Part shown: piece by piece, positions 53,669 through 63,637 of the stretch
Layout: every line of letters begins with the position of its first letter
Position numbering within the stretch: position 1 is the stretch's first letter
Assembly (NCBI GenBank): GCA_965263355.1
Contig: CBDHHL010000056.1
Span: 2,208,001-2,272,000 of the forward strand
Direction: 5' to 3'
DNA from: Leptolyngbyaceae cyanobacterium
GTDB taxonomy: Bacteria; Cyanobacteriota; Cyanobacteriia; Phormidesmidales; Phormidesmidaceae
Length of the DNA stretch: 64,000 nt
The notes under the pieces: model-generated
What the model was told of the DNA's origin: nothing
Databases searched by the model: none
Seen by the model: only the letters and a program-made list of their open reading frames with translations
Translations under genes and position numbers: made by a program

Positions 53669-53766
53669 TGGTTGAATAGATGCCCAAAAGAAAAGGGAGA
53701 ACTCACGTTCTCCCCATCAGGCTCAATCTGTTCAGCTCGGAACTAGGGATGCTAATAACCGAGAAT

Positions 53767-54624
53767 TTAGGCAGCTTGCTTACGCTTACGACCAGCAACT
53801 ACTAAGCCACCGGCAGCTAGTAAACCCAGAATAGTACCTGGCTCAGGCACATCTTCCACTAGTTCAACACGGATGCGAGCAACTTCATAACCAGGCGCAG
53901 TAAAGTCAGCGCCAGTAAAGTTCAGGGGTAGGCCATTGAGAGCACTGGAGTCTGTTGTGCCGAGAATCGTCCCTGCTGTCAGGCCAGGATGCTCAGTCAC
54001 CACACCATTTTCATCGGTACCTGTATTGGGACTAGTCTGTCCCAAGAAAGCAGTGCTGAATGGCAATTCATCATTGACCTCAGTACCACCATCTAGAACT
54101 TCACTACCCAAAACAATAAAATCAGCTCCCAAGAAATTACCCGCATCATCAAAGATTTCATGGGCTAGGGGATTGCCATTAGCAATAAAAGCATCATTAC
54201 TAGGAATCACCATAGATGCATAGCTGAAGTACTGATTGCTTGCAGGATCCACATCTAAGAGCAAGCTAGTGAACTCACCAACTTCTAGAGGCGGTATGCC
54301 CTCACTGACTAATGTCGCCTGCACACCACCTGGATTACTAGCTGCGAACGCATCTGTCAGTTGAGTGGTATCACCATCTTCTACCAAAGACTCTAGGCCA
54401 GTAAAAGCATCCAGTGACTCACCCCGGTTATAGAGGTCAAAGGTACCATCATGAAAACCAACCCATGCAGGGGTAAGGAATCCACCGTTGATCGGTGCCA
54501 GGTTTTCAATCGTTACTTTAAGCGTGGCAGCAGATGCAGCCGTTGCCATTGTTGTTACAGCGCCCAAACTCATCACAGCAGCAACAGCCACCCGATGGCG
54601 GGAGAAAAGAGCAAACGTATTCAT
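53767..54624 (-). CDS. PEP-CTERM sorted surface protein with spondin_N-like domain
   Basis: Signal peptide; LTPAWVGFHDG, ASMVIPSNDAF, LDGGTEVNDE; C-terminal VPEP-TM-RKRK. Confidence 0.9.
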   Translation of the reverse strand: MNTFALFSRHRVAVAAVMSLGAVTTMATAASAATLKVTIENLAPINGGFLTPAWVGFHDGTFDLYNRGESLDAFTGLESLVEDGDTTQLTDAFAASNPGGVQATLVSEGIPPLEVGEFTSLLLDVDPASNQYFSYASMVIPSNDAFIANGNPLAHEIFDDAGNFLGADFIVLGSEVLDGGTEVNDELPFSTAFLGQTSPNTGTDENGVVTEHPGLTAGTILGTTDSSALNGLPLNFTGADFTAPGYEVARIRVELVEDVPEPGTILGLLAAGGLVVAGRKRKQAA

Positions 54625-54985
54625 AGATAGAGTGATAAGACTTCAGTGGAAATATCAACCTTGCCTAAGTCGAGAATGTGACCCAGATTCAGGTCATCCC
54701 CCCGAAGAAAATTGTTAGGGAGGGGCGTAATTTTCCGCTGAGGTAGTTTTGAGAAACCACTGAGAACTGTGTAACAAAAATAAGCAATCCCTGAGAAAAC
54801 CCTGAGTGTCTGACCTGCTGAAATCCTGCATAACATCCACCAAGACAGCCCTCAAACGGGAGAATCCTTATTCTGTCGTGGGATACCTAGCAATATCACC
54901 AATAACTAGCCAAACTTACTTAGCTGAGGTTGAAAAAAGAAGTCTGAATGCGATAGTAGTTACCGTTAGAAACTGAGAATTTCTT

Positions 54986-55280
54986 ATGGCAAACGCTCAG
55001 AGTGAATCCCTACATTAACAAGTCAGCATGGCTGCTTTGACGGTCAAGTCAGCCTCTATAGCCATCCATCTGAGCAGTGCCAATGCACGATGAATTTTGC
55101 GGTTTACACTCCACCGCAGGCAAAAACCAGACCTGTTCCAATGCTTTATTAACTGCCTGCGAAGCTGCCGGACAGCCCTTAACCTTAAGAATGCAAACGG
55201 GGTATGACCATGGCTATTACTGTATTGCCACCTTTATGGAAGACCATATCAAGCACCATGGTGAGGTGCTGTGTGATTAG
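54986..55280 (+). pseudogene. S-formylglutathione hydrolase (FghA/FrmB) remnant with a large internal deletion
   Basis: N-terminus [43 protein letters not shown] joined out of frame to C-terminus [38 protein letters not shown]. Confidence 0.85.
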
Positions 55281-55287
55281 TGTCGAA

Positions 55288-56781
55288 CTAACCTCCCAAT
55301 AAAAATAGGCCAACCAGGGTGGCACTATTCCATAAGCTATGGATCAACATAGGCGATAGCAAATTTCGCGATCGCGTATATACCCAGGCCAAAATTGCCC
55401 CTAACAATGTCAAGGGGAGCACCTCAGACAAACTCAAGTGGGCAGATGCAAAAATAAAGCTACTCAGTAAAATTGCCCCCCAAATCGGCATATAGCGGGT
55501 GAGGGACGGGAGCAAAAAGCCGCGAAACAAAACCTCTTCAAATAGAGGAGCGGCTACAGCTGCGGTCAAGAAAAATAACAGTAGAGCTATGCCATCGCTT
55601 TCTTGCAATACCGTCTGCAACAGTGGGTTATTACCCCCTTGACCATGCCAGATTTGCTGATTGAGGGCAGAAATTGCAATCATTAACGGTAGTGCGACAA
55701 AATAGCCCCCTACCCCCCAAAGGGGCCAACGATCCAACAGCTTGAGTTGAAACCAGTCTTTGGGCAACGGTCGATGGGTCCAGATAGAGCCAACTAGTAC
55801 GCCAATGCCACTAAACGACATCAGCAAGTAAAAGACCATGGAATATAACGCTCTGCCACGGCTGCTGGTCTCCGCAAAGCTCAACCCCGACAGGCTTAAC
55901 AAGAAGGGAATCAACAGCTGCCCCACAAAGAAAAAGCCAACAATTAGTACCTGCCAGATAATTTCTCCATCCCAGGGCACCTCCCAGGGCACAGTTGCTC
56001 GCCCCAACAGCGATTCATCTCGACGGGTAAACCACTGAAATCCTAATAGGATCAGCAAACTTCCACCCAGGATGCAACCCAACACAGGCATAGCACCCAC
56101 AGCCGCCAGCTTGAACAATTTTGACTGAGCCACAATTTGTTCTTGGGCATTGAGGGTAGTGAGATCATCAAAACGCCCCTCCAAGGTGTAAAGCTGCTCT
56201 AAAACTCGGTATTGAAACCAGCCATTGAGCTGGTCAGTAATGACGGCTTCAACGGTTGGCTCAATTACAGACGGTGTGGCCCAGAGCGCCAACAACACCT
56301 CTGATAAATTGGCCGTTGCCCCGTCACCTTCCGCCAGTGGTTGCCAACGCTGACGAGCTGCATCAATATCTTTTTGCTGAGTCGCAATAAGACCTAGCTT
56401 TAAATCAATTTCATCGATCAGCGTTTGCTGCTGGCTAATGGCTGTCTTAAATTTTCCAGGCTGGGGATTGCGAACCATATCTTGGGCAGCCAGTTGCTTT
56501 TGCGATCGCATTACCCCAGCCACTGCCTCCTGGCGCACTGATTTATACTGCTTCGCCACGGTTTCCAAGGGTTTAGCCCCCAGCAGCGCATCCCCTAGCG
56601 GCTTAAATTCATCATTATTTTTTAGCTCGTCCCACTCAGACGCCTGCAATAGCAAATCACTTTGGTAAAGCTGTAACTGCCCTGTCACCTGAGGCTGGGA
56701 AAAACTTTCGTATAACGACGAAGCGACCACCAGCGCCACGAGGCCCGTCAAAATTGATAAAACAATCCGCTTTAGCGTCAT
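55288..56781 (-). CDS. CPBP (CAAX/Abi) family intramembrane metalloprotease
   Basis: APLFEEVLFRG, FASAHLS, IHSLWN motifs. Confidence 0.93.
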   Translation of the reverse strand: MTLKRIVLSILTGLVALVVASSLYESFSQPQVTGQLQLYQSDLLLQASEWDELKNNDEFKPLGDALLGAKPLETVAKQYKSVRQEAVAGVMRSQKQLAAQDMVRNPQPGKFKTAISQQQTLIDEIDLKLGLIATQQKDIDAARQRWQPLAEGDGATANLSEVLLALWATPSVIEPTVEAVITDQLNGWFQYRVLEQLYTLEGRFDDLTTLNAQEQIVAQSKLFKLAAVGAMPVLGCILGGSLLILLGFQWFTRRDESLLGRATVPWEVPWDGEIIWQVLIVGFFFVGQLLIPFLLSLSGLSFAETSSRGRALYSMVFYLLMSFSGIGVLVGSIWTHRPLPKDWFQLKLLDRWPLWGVGGYFVALPLMIAISALNQQIWHGQGGNNPLLQTVLQESDGIALLLFFLTAAVAAPLFEEVLFRGFLLPSLTRYMPIWGAILLSSFIFASAHLSLSEVLPLTLLGAILAWVYTRSRNLLSPMLIHSLWNSATLVGLFLLGG

Positions 56782-57003
56782 TAGCCAACCAAAAATAGTC
56801 TAAGCATTATCGCATTAGCCCCCCTTTAAACTACGCCCAAGTTGCAACCTGTCAGTTCCTCTACCGAAAAACGCCTTGCTGGACGTGCACAGGGTTTATT
56901 AACGACTGTTGCCAATCCGCTTAATCCTTTGTACAGAGTGATTTAATAATCCCTGTGCTGCTGCCACATTTTGACGACACGCTTAACAAGGCCCAGATCC
57001 ACT

Positions 57004-58113
57004 ATGAAACGTAGACAGTTAATTGGTTATGGCTTCACGGGTGCTGCGAGCACTGCTGCACTTACTGCCTGTGCCCAATCAACGGCTCCTACCACTGCAG
57101 ACGATGGGGAAGCTCTGCCTACGGTGCGGTGGAAAATGGCCACTAGCTGGCCAAAGTCACTGGATACTTTATTTGGGGCGGCTGAAATTGTGTGCGATCG
57201 CATCGCTGCTATGACCGATAATCGCTTCACCATCGAACCCTATGCTGGTGGCGAAATCGTTCCAGGGTTACAAGTGCTAGACGCTGTCCAAGACGGCACA
57301 GTGGAATGTGGTCATAGCGCAGCTTATTACTATGTGGGCAAAAGCCCAGCCCTGGCCTTTGGTACTGCCGTGCCGTTTGGCCTCAACGCTCAACAGCAAA
57401 ATGCTTGGCTATATCATGGTGGTGGATTAGAAGCCATGCAAAAGCTCTTCGCCAAGTTTAATACCATCAACTTCCCAGCGGGGAATACCGGCGTTCAAAT
57501 GGGCGGCTGGTTCAATAAAGAAATCAACACCGCTGGCGACCTGCAAGGTTTAAAGATGCGGATTCCTGGTTTAGGCGGCAAAGTAATGGCCAAGCTAGGC
57601 GTAAATGTCCAGAACCTGCCTGGCAGCGAAATTTTTCTCGCGTTAGAACGCGGTGCCATTGATGCAGCTGAGTGGGTTGGCCCCTATGACGATGAAAAAC
57701 TAGGTCTACAAAAAGCAGCTCAGTTTTACTACTATCCCGGCTGGTGGGAACCCGGTCCTTCCTTTGACATGATGATCAACATAGATGCCTGGACCTCTTT
57801 GCCGCCTGTTTATCAAGACGTGATTAAAACAGCTTGTGTAGAGTCCAATACCAGCACCTTAGCCAAGTATGATGCGGTTAATGGAGCCGCCCTGCAAAGT
57901 CTCCTGGAGGCAGGAGTTCAACTTAAGCCCTTTAGCGACGAGATTTTAGCCGCTGCCGAGAAAGCCGCCTTCGAAATCTACGAAGAAAATGCAGTCCAGG
58001 ATGCCGACTTTAAGGAGATCTACGATCAGTGGAAATCTTTCCGTGAGTCAGTCTATGGATGGAACCGGCTCAACGAACTAGGCTTTGCCAGCTTTGCTAA
58101 CAAGGCGTCTTAA
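57004..58113 (+). CDS. TRAP transporter substrate-binding protein (DctP/TakP-like), Tat lipoprotein
   Basis: MKRRQLI twin-arginine and LTAC lipobox; [48 protein letters not shown]. Confidence 0.93.
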   Translation: MKRRQLIGYGFTGAASTAALTACAQSTAPTTADDGEALPTVRWKMATSWPKSLDTLFGAAEIVCDRIAAMTDNRFTIEPYAGGEIVPGLQVLDAVQDGTVECGHSAAYYYVGKSPALAFGTAVPFGLNAQQQNAWLYHGGGLEAMQKLFAKFNTINFPAGNTGVQMGGWFNKEINTAGDLQGLKMRIPGLGGKVMAKLGVNVQNLPGSEIFLALERGAIDAAEWVGPYDDEKLGLQKAAQFYYYPGWWEPGPSFDMMINIDAWTSLPPVYQDVIKTACVESNTSTLAKYDAVNGAALQSLLEAGVQLKPFSDEILAAAEKAAFEIYEENAVQDADFKEIYDQWKSFRESVYGWNRLNELGFASFANKAS

Positions 58114-58182
58114 GGCAAAACTACTACCTGTTGGTCAATATCCTGAGAGTTCATGGAGCACCTTATGTTCTTGTGAAAGGGG

Positions 58183-58785
58183 TTAAAACAAATGTAGGGT
58201 TGACGTCTCTGAAAATACATACCAATCTCCTGTCAGATGTTCGAGAGAATAATTAACTGTGCCAAAGGGACTACCGTTCCTATTTGGCTTGTATGCAAAA
58301 CCATGGGAAATCATGTCCAGGCCCACTTCTCCCGAGGTGACATGAAAGTAAACACCTCCTCTCGGATCGAGGCCATAGCGTTTAACCTTGTAGAGGCCAA
58401 TTCGTTTATTCACTTGTGTCACTGAATCGGGAACACTGCCTAGGGTTTGCTCAAACGCTGTTTGACTCACTCTAAAAGCAACTATTTGTGGAACATCAAA
58501 TTGCACTAACCCCCACGTTATGCTAGCCATAACAGGTGCAGCAATCGCTAACCATTTTGGACAAACGTGCCTTGAGAATACCCAATCACGAGACTGCCAA
58601 ATCCACCACAGAATAGCTGGAACAATCAGTAATCCGAGGGGAGGAACAACGAGCAAAAGAACAAAAAACTTGACCCAAAACAGCGTATGGGCAGGTTGGC
58701 CGGGATCAATACTTACATGCAAGATCAGCACACAAGCAAATATCCCCGCTATACAGACATATTTATAAAATCGAGTGGTCAACAA
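58183..58785 (-). CDS. Hypothetical membrane protein
   Basis: Three N-terminal TM segments, then GGVYF...GFAYKPN..GSPFG...L.GDWYVF. Confidence 0.7.
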   Translation of the reverse strand: MLTTRFYKYVCIAGIFACVLILHVSIDPGQPAHTLFWVKFFVLLLVVPPLGLLIVPAILWWIWQSRDWVFSRHVCPKWLAIAAPVMASITWGLVQFDVPQIVAFRVSQTAFEQTLGSVPDSVTQVNKRIGLYKVKRYGLDPRGGVYFHVTSGEVGLDMISHGFAYKPNRNGSPFGTVNYSLEHLTGDWYVFSETSTLHLF

Positions 58786-59130
58786 TGGCTATGCGAGAAA
58801 ACAAGACAACTGATTCAAGTTGATGCACCTTGAAATTCCTCATAATGCCTACAAGGCAACGTGCTTATTTTTCGTAATCGGTTCAAAATCGCTTATTCAG
58901 CTGATAAATCGGCCAACATCAAACAGGAGTGCCTATAGGTCGGCAGCCTAAGGGTGGTCGCCTCATGCGTTGCCAGAAATCTGTATTAACGTCCAAACAG
59001 CTCTTACAACTAATTCAATACCAAGCATTCTAAGTAACTGGGGTTTAGACAAAACGCTACCTGTAGTGAGATGATCTTGACAAGAAAACACTGTATATAG
59101 CGTTTTTGAATGCATTTATCTAAACTCCAA

Positions 59131-59174
59131 TAAGTAAAAGAGTCCAGGCATTTCTACCCGAACTCTTTTACTTA
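59131..59174 (-). terminator. Terminator after the RRM gene
   Basis: TAAGTAAAAGAGT ... ACTCTTTTACTTA inverted repeat. Confidence 0.6.
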
Positions 59175-59244
59175 CAACTAAGCATTACAACTAAATAACC
59201 TTAAGTTATTTAAAGTTATGCCTGAGTAGCCATCGAAAAAGCCC

Positions 59245-59532
59245 TTACCAGCTCTTGCCACGACCACCGCCACCGCGATTAGAACGATCTTCACGGGGCT
59301 TAGCTTTATTAACCTTTAGAGCACGCCCCATCCACTCGGCACCATCGAGCGCTTCAATGGCAGCTTCTTCTTCAGAATCTGTAGTCATTTCAACAAACCC
59401 AAAGCCACGGGGACGACCGGTTTCACGATCTGTGGGAAGATGAACATTCTTAACAGTGCCATATTCTGCGAATACTGCTGTTAAATCTTCATTTGTAACG
59501 TCATAGGATAGATTGCCTACATAGATTGACAT
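59245..59532 (-). CDS. RRM RNA-binding protein, cyanobacterial Rbp with Gly-rich tail
   Basis: MSIYVGNLSY (RNP2), RGFGFVEM (RNP1), LDGAEWMGR.LKVNKAKP; true start at 59532. Confidence 0.96.
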   Translation of the reverse strand: MSIYVGNLSYDVTNEDLTAVFAEYGTVKNVHLPTDRETGRPRGFGFVEMTTDSEEEAAIEALDGAEWMGRALKVNKAKPREDRSNRGGGGRGKSW

Positions 59533-59642
59533 AAATTGTCTCCAAAACTTAAGGGATATGTAGAGGGAAGCTTCGAGAAGGATAATGTCAATGGAAAAAC
59601 GTGAAAATTCGTTAATACTAGAAACAAAAGTCACCAACCGAT
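59533..59642 (-). promoter_or_regulatory. Conserved rbp 5' leader boxes
   Basis: Minus strand TTGGTGA, TTTGTTTCTAGT, TTCTCGAA and TTTGGAGA resemble the boxes described upstream of cold-inducible cyanobacterial rbp genes. Confidence 0.55.
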
Positions 59643-60126
59643 CTTTTTCTCTGAGCCAACTATAGCTTACTAAAAAGTCACTTGATCTACTTGAAAAGCT
59701 ACATTGATCTTGAAATCTAGACAAACGCTGTCTGCCTAGCCCAGGAAAGCCTGAAAATAAAGAGGATTCGACGTTTTCATTGGACTAATCATAGATGCCA
59801 TCTCCTACCGTTACGTTTCCATATATTTTCAGCTTCACGAAACGATGAGCCCAACGCTACAATTCGCCAAGCCATCACAGCACCTAGCCTCGGAAACATT
59901 TAGGCAACCCTGAATCAGTAAATTCCACAGTGATCACAGACACAAACTAAGAAAAATTGATGGTCATATAAACAGACGATAGGCTTATCCGACACAGACC
60001 TTAGTATGCCGAATCTAAGCGTATATTGAGATTGCTAGTAAAGCATGTTATTGCATAACTTTCTATTTCGATCCTTATATCTAAGTAGACAGAACACTGT
60101 ATTACTTAACCCTTTATATCTAAACC

Positions 60127-60162
60127 GAAGCCACCATGAACCTTAGCGTTCATGGTGGCTTC
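60127..60162. terminator. Strong hairpin after the EndoU-like gene
   Basis: GAAGCCACCATGAAC-cttagc-GTTCATGGTGGCTTC. Confidence 0.7.
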
Positions 60163-60178
60163 TTATTTATTGGATTAT

Positions 60179-61237
60179 TTAGTTACAAGGAGGATTAAAC
60201 CGCCCCCCGCCATTGGGCGTCGCATCTGGGTAAAAGGTACGAACACCATAGCGACGGCGAACAAACACAGCCTCAAAGCTTTTACCATCATCTTCGACAT
60301 CCAATAAGCACCCCACACTGCTCTCAGAGTTCGTTGGATTGTCTCGGAATGCCTTTGTCGCCAGTTTCAAGATATCTTCTGCAGAAAGCGTTAACCCGTA
60401 TCCTTTTTTCCTATCTCTAAAAATTGTGCCGTTATAATTCATCTTCACACCAAGGGTGAAGATGACGTCTGGGTCAACCTCTTCATTAGAGACATTATTT
60501 TCCAGAATCCCGGCTAAACCATCCTCCTGTAGTTGGAGATAACGACCGTGGAAATGTAGGCCACCAATCCGTGATGCCGATTCAGGCTCACTACAAAAGA
60601 TATGATCAAATCCATGGGCTTGATTAAACCAAGCATCTGCTAGGGTTCCTAAAAAAGCCGCATCATCCATCTGCGATGAACTACCTGGAAAAACCCGGCC
60701 ATCCACGTACTCTTTGATGCGCTGTAGCACATCAGGATGCGCTTGCATCACATCCATAAACTCGTCTTTGCCAACCACTTTGCCTAAGGGGCCACAAAGT
60801 TTAACAATATCCTGATCAAACGCGCTTAGCACTGGCGGCGGTGGCGTAATGTCAACGACACCACCCACCCCTACTGGGCGTGGATCATTTTCTGTATTGA
60901 AGAATGGTAGAAACTCATGTCCTGGAATGATGACTGGGCCTGGGTCATCTGTATAACCGCCACAGTCCAGATTAACCCACTTTCTAGCGTTATCGACCAA
61001 AATGAAAGCATGGGTCCCACCAGGCTGCTTATTTTCACCTAATGCTGTATAAATATCACCCACTGCAAGCGGCACTGGATTAGTTTTCTTACGAATTGAT
61101 GTTGTGGCATCACACGCCTGAGTAATTTTGAATTGTCGATTACTCTCAAAGAATGCTTGGGCTTGAGCAGACGGTGTGTCTATCAACCAAAGCAATGAGC
61201 TAATCAACAGTGCAAGGCAAGAAATTAATAGTTTCAT
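60179..61237 (-). CDS. Secreted bacterial EndoU-like nuclease
   Basis: Signal peptide ...AQA; GFDHIFC.E...IGGLHFHGRYLQLQ two-His motif, KKGY, RTFYPD. Confidence 0.78.
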   Translation of the reverse strand: MKLLISCLALLISSLLWLIDTPSAQAQAFFESNRQFKITQACDATTSIRKKTNPVPLAVGDIYTALGENKQPGGTHAFILVDNARKWVNLDCGGYTDDPGPVIIPGHEFLPFFNTENDPRPVGVGGVVDITPPPPVLSAFDQDIVKLCGPLGKVVGKDEFMDVMQAHPDVLQRIKEYVDGRVFPGSSSQMDDAAFLGTLADAWFNQAHGFDHIFCSEPESASRIGGLHFHGRYLQLQEDGLAGILENNVSNEEVDPDVIFTLGVKMNYNGTIFRDRKKGYGLTLSAEDILKLATKAFRDNPTNSESSVGCLLDVEDDGKSFEAVFVRRRYGVRTFYPDATPNGGGRFNPPCN

Positions 61238-61530
61238 AGTATTCCAAAATTACAGTTATCCAACTGCCGATTAACCGGCCACATCTTTTCCTTTTTCTAT
61301 TTTTAGATCGTCGCTCTTTTCACCTCGCAACTGAGCCCATAGGATGTATTGACGATTAAACAGTCATAGGTCGGATGTGGGATTCCGTACTGTGAATCAG
61401 AGCCTAAGGCTTAGGAGTTCCATGGGAGGAAGCCTTCCAAAGGATTAAGTACACTGCTCCAAAAATAGATAACCCCTCAAAATAAAAAAGCACCCTATAG
61501 GGTACTTTTTACAGCAACAACACCTCAAAA

Positions 61531-61546
61531 TGTGATGAGCATCACA
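61531..61546. promoter_or_regulatory. CRP (SyCRP1)-type binding site
   Basis: TGTGA-tgagca-TCACA, a perfect TGTGA-N6-TCACA preceded by AAAA. Confidence 0.7.
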
Positions 61547-61679
61547 CAGTTTACTCAGTCAATCTCAGAAACGCCTTAAGCAAACTTCAGTTATCGGTCA
61601 GATAGCGTTCAGCTAACCCCAGCATTCTTGTAATCAATGAAGCGATTCAAACGCACCGATTCACTAAGGAGACTTAACC

Positions 61680-62189
61680 ATGAAACGTACTCTTCTTTCC
61701 GCTTTAACTGTTCTCGTTGCATCCGCTGCGATCGCACCCGTTGCATCTGCCGTTGAGCCTGCTAGCTTTAATATTCAAGCAACCCGCCTCGAAGCACTTG
61801 ATCGTCGCACAAAGAACTCCGTCCACAAGCTACGCCTTGAACATCTCAACAATCAGACTAAGGCCATTGAAGATCTTCAAGCCGCTCGTCTAGAAGCCCT
61901 GGATGCTCGTACCAAAACAACTGTTGAGCACAAAATTCAGGTTGACTATTTGCACAACCAAACCAAGGCTATCGATAACCTTCAAGCCGCTCGCCTTAAC
62001 GCACTGGATGCTCGCACTAAGAACAGCGTTCACAAATTACGCCTTGAGCACCTCAATAATCAGACTAAAGCGGTTGAGAATATTCAAGTGGCTCGTTTAG
62101 AAGCGTTGGATACCCGCACTAAAGCTGTCGATAACATTCAGGCAGCTCGTCTGACTGCTCTGGATGCTCGCACAAAGTCCGTCCGCTAA
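61680..62189 (+). CDS. Secreted repeat protein of unknown function (eight 14-18-aa units ending in TK)
   Basis: AAGGAG RBS, Sec signal ending VASA, repeats QAARLxALDxRTK and HKLRLEHLNNQTK. Confidence 0.85.
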   Translation: MKRTLLSALTVLVASAAIAPVASAVEPASFNIQATRLEALDRRTKNSVHKLRLEHLNNQTKAIEDLQAARLEALDARTKTTVEHKIQVDYLHNQTKAIDNLQAARLNALDARTKNSVHKLRLEHLNNQTKAVENIQVARLEALDTRTKAVDNIQAARLTALDARTKSVR

Positions 62190-62334
62190 CAGATTATTGG
62201 GCTGTTGCGGGACTCAAGTTTGGGTGCCCAGTGCAGACTCCGTTAATCTGTGAAGCTTCATTCCGTAGGGCACCCTTTTCTACTCAGATCCTCACACACC
62301 AAGCCTCTGCCAACATGGTGGGGGCTTTCTTGCT

Positions 62335-62973
62335 TTAAATTGCCTCCGCACGGCAGTGCCCTTCACCAACATGGCCCAAACCTTTATAAATATCAGCCAG
62401 CTGAAGTTTCTCCACCTTAGTCAGCTGTGCCTCCAAATCTTCAGGCATTAACTTAACAGCACCATCCTGCGCTAAAGCTGCAAGCGGGTCAAAGCCCAGT
62501 GCCCCTCGATTGAGAACTTCATCTGCAGATACATCGATATCACCAAACAGATGATCAAAGTGAAATATGGCTTCCACATCTGCTATTTCCCCAGAGGAGA
62601 GAAACCCTTTACGCTCATCACCAACAAAATCACCACAGAGAAATTCTAACGACGGGTTCATCGCAATTTCAAACGGAATTGTCTCACCATCACGGGTTGC
62701 TCTCCCTATAAGCAGCAATGACGGCCCAGTTTCTGAAACTAGCTTCCAGGACAGCGCATTGTAGCGGCCTGCTGCAGTCTCTACTTGTTCCACCAGAATC
62801 GGTGCAGCAGTTTCATCGCCTTCGGCTAAATCCACCTTGGCTGAGGCTATCATCAAGACATTAGCCTTAGCAGGAATGTCCACATCCGCATCCGGATTGA
62901 AAGAAGATTCTGACTGATAGGCAACAACATCCTGAATATTGGCATAGACATGATCAAACTCGACTTGCCAGCT
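62335..62973 (-). pseudogene. 5'-truncated DUF4382-like periplasmic protein
   Basis: Frame is open from WQVEFDHVYANI to CGDFVGDERKG...FHFDHLFGD...LGHVGEGHC; no start or signal peptide; cut exactly at the duplicated segment. Confidence 0.7.
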
Positions 62974-63197
62974 TGATTGGGTGAGTTATGCTTCGCTTAC
63001 CGCACCCTACTGGGGTTGCTTGGCTACAACACAGCCTGCTGCTGCAAAACTGATACCAGCCACTAATAACGAAGTACTCAAACCCAAGTTAGCGCCCATG
63101 CTACACAACACACTCATCGCCACAGCACCACCGCTGAAGTAAAGGCCAGTGCCTAACCCCGCTTTGGCCGGTGGCACCATGGATAGGGCGTAGGGTA
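62974..63197 (-). repeat. 224-bp duplicate of the MFS gene 3' end plus REP (copy of 63601-63827)
   Basis: Identical to 63601-63827 except for one 3-bp indel and three substitutions. Confidence 0.95.
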
Positions 63198-63231
63198 TAG
63201 CCGTGGGCGAAATCTCAACCCGGTATGTCAT
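63198..63231 (-). pseudogene. RelE/ParE-family toxin, first ~11 codons only
   Basis: MTYRVEISPTAI overlaps the antitoxin stop, then switches into MFS sequence. Confidence 0.7.
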
Positions 63232-63502
63232 ATTTCTCTCGTAGTTGCTGAAATGCATCCCCTAAAGGCTGGCCTTTTCCCTGATCAAATTCCTCTATGC
63301 TTTTACGAATCCCCGCTAGAGATTCCAAAAGCTCCATCCGGTCTAAAAGCTGCTGATAACTCTCTGCATCCTGCACGACAACGGCAGCTTTGCCATTTAC
63401 CGTCAACACCATGGGCAATTGGGTTTGCTTCAGACGTTCTAAAAAGGTCTTGGCTCCTCGTTGAAATTCTGATAACGGATGGATATTACGTAGATTGAGC
63501 AT
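63215..63502 (-). CDS. Phd/YefM-family antitoxin
   Basis: IHPLSEFQR...PMVLTVNGKAAVVVQDAESYQQLLD. Confidence 0.9.
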   Translation of the reverse strand: MLNLRNIHPLSEFQRGAKTFLERLKQTQLPMVLTVNGKAAVVVQDAESYQQLLDRMELLESLAGIRKSIEEFDQGKGQPLGDAFQQLREKYDIPG

Positions 63503-63605
63503 ATTAAAAACAGAAAATAAACTGATAATTACATGATAATAATTAAGTCTAAATCTGTGTTGAGCATCGTCAGAATCAGCTATCTACAGCCAGTCACCTC
63601 TGATT

Positions 63606-63637
63606 GGGTGAGTTATGCTTCGCTTACCGCACCCTAC
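63606..63637 (-). repeat. GTAG-family REP element (second copy at 62979-63010)
   Basis: Minus strand GTAG-GGTGCGGTAAGCGAAGCATAACTCACCC; its TAG is the MFS stop codon. Confidence 0.7.

Noticed and set aside
59533..59724. N-terminal extension of the RRM protein in the ORF track
   Set aside because: It overlaps the rbp leader boxes and RBS; family members start at MSIYVGNL.
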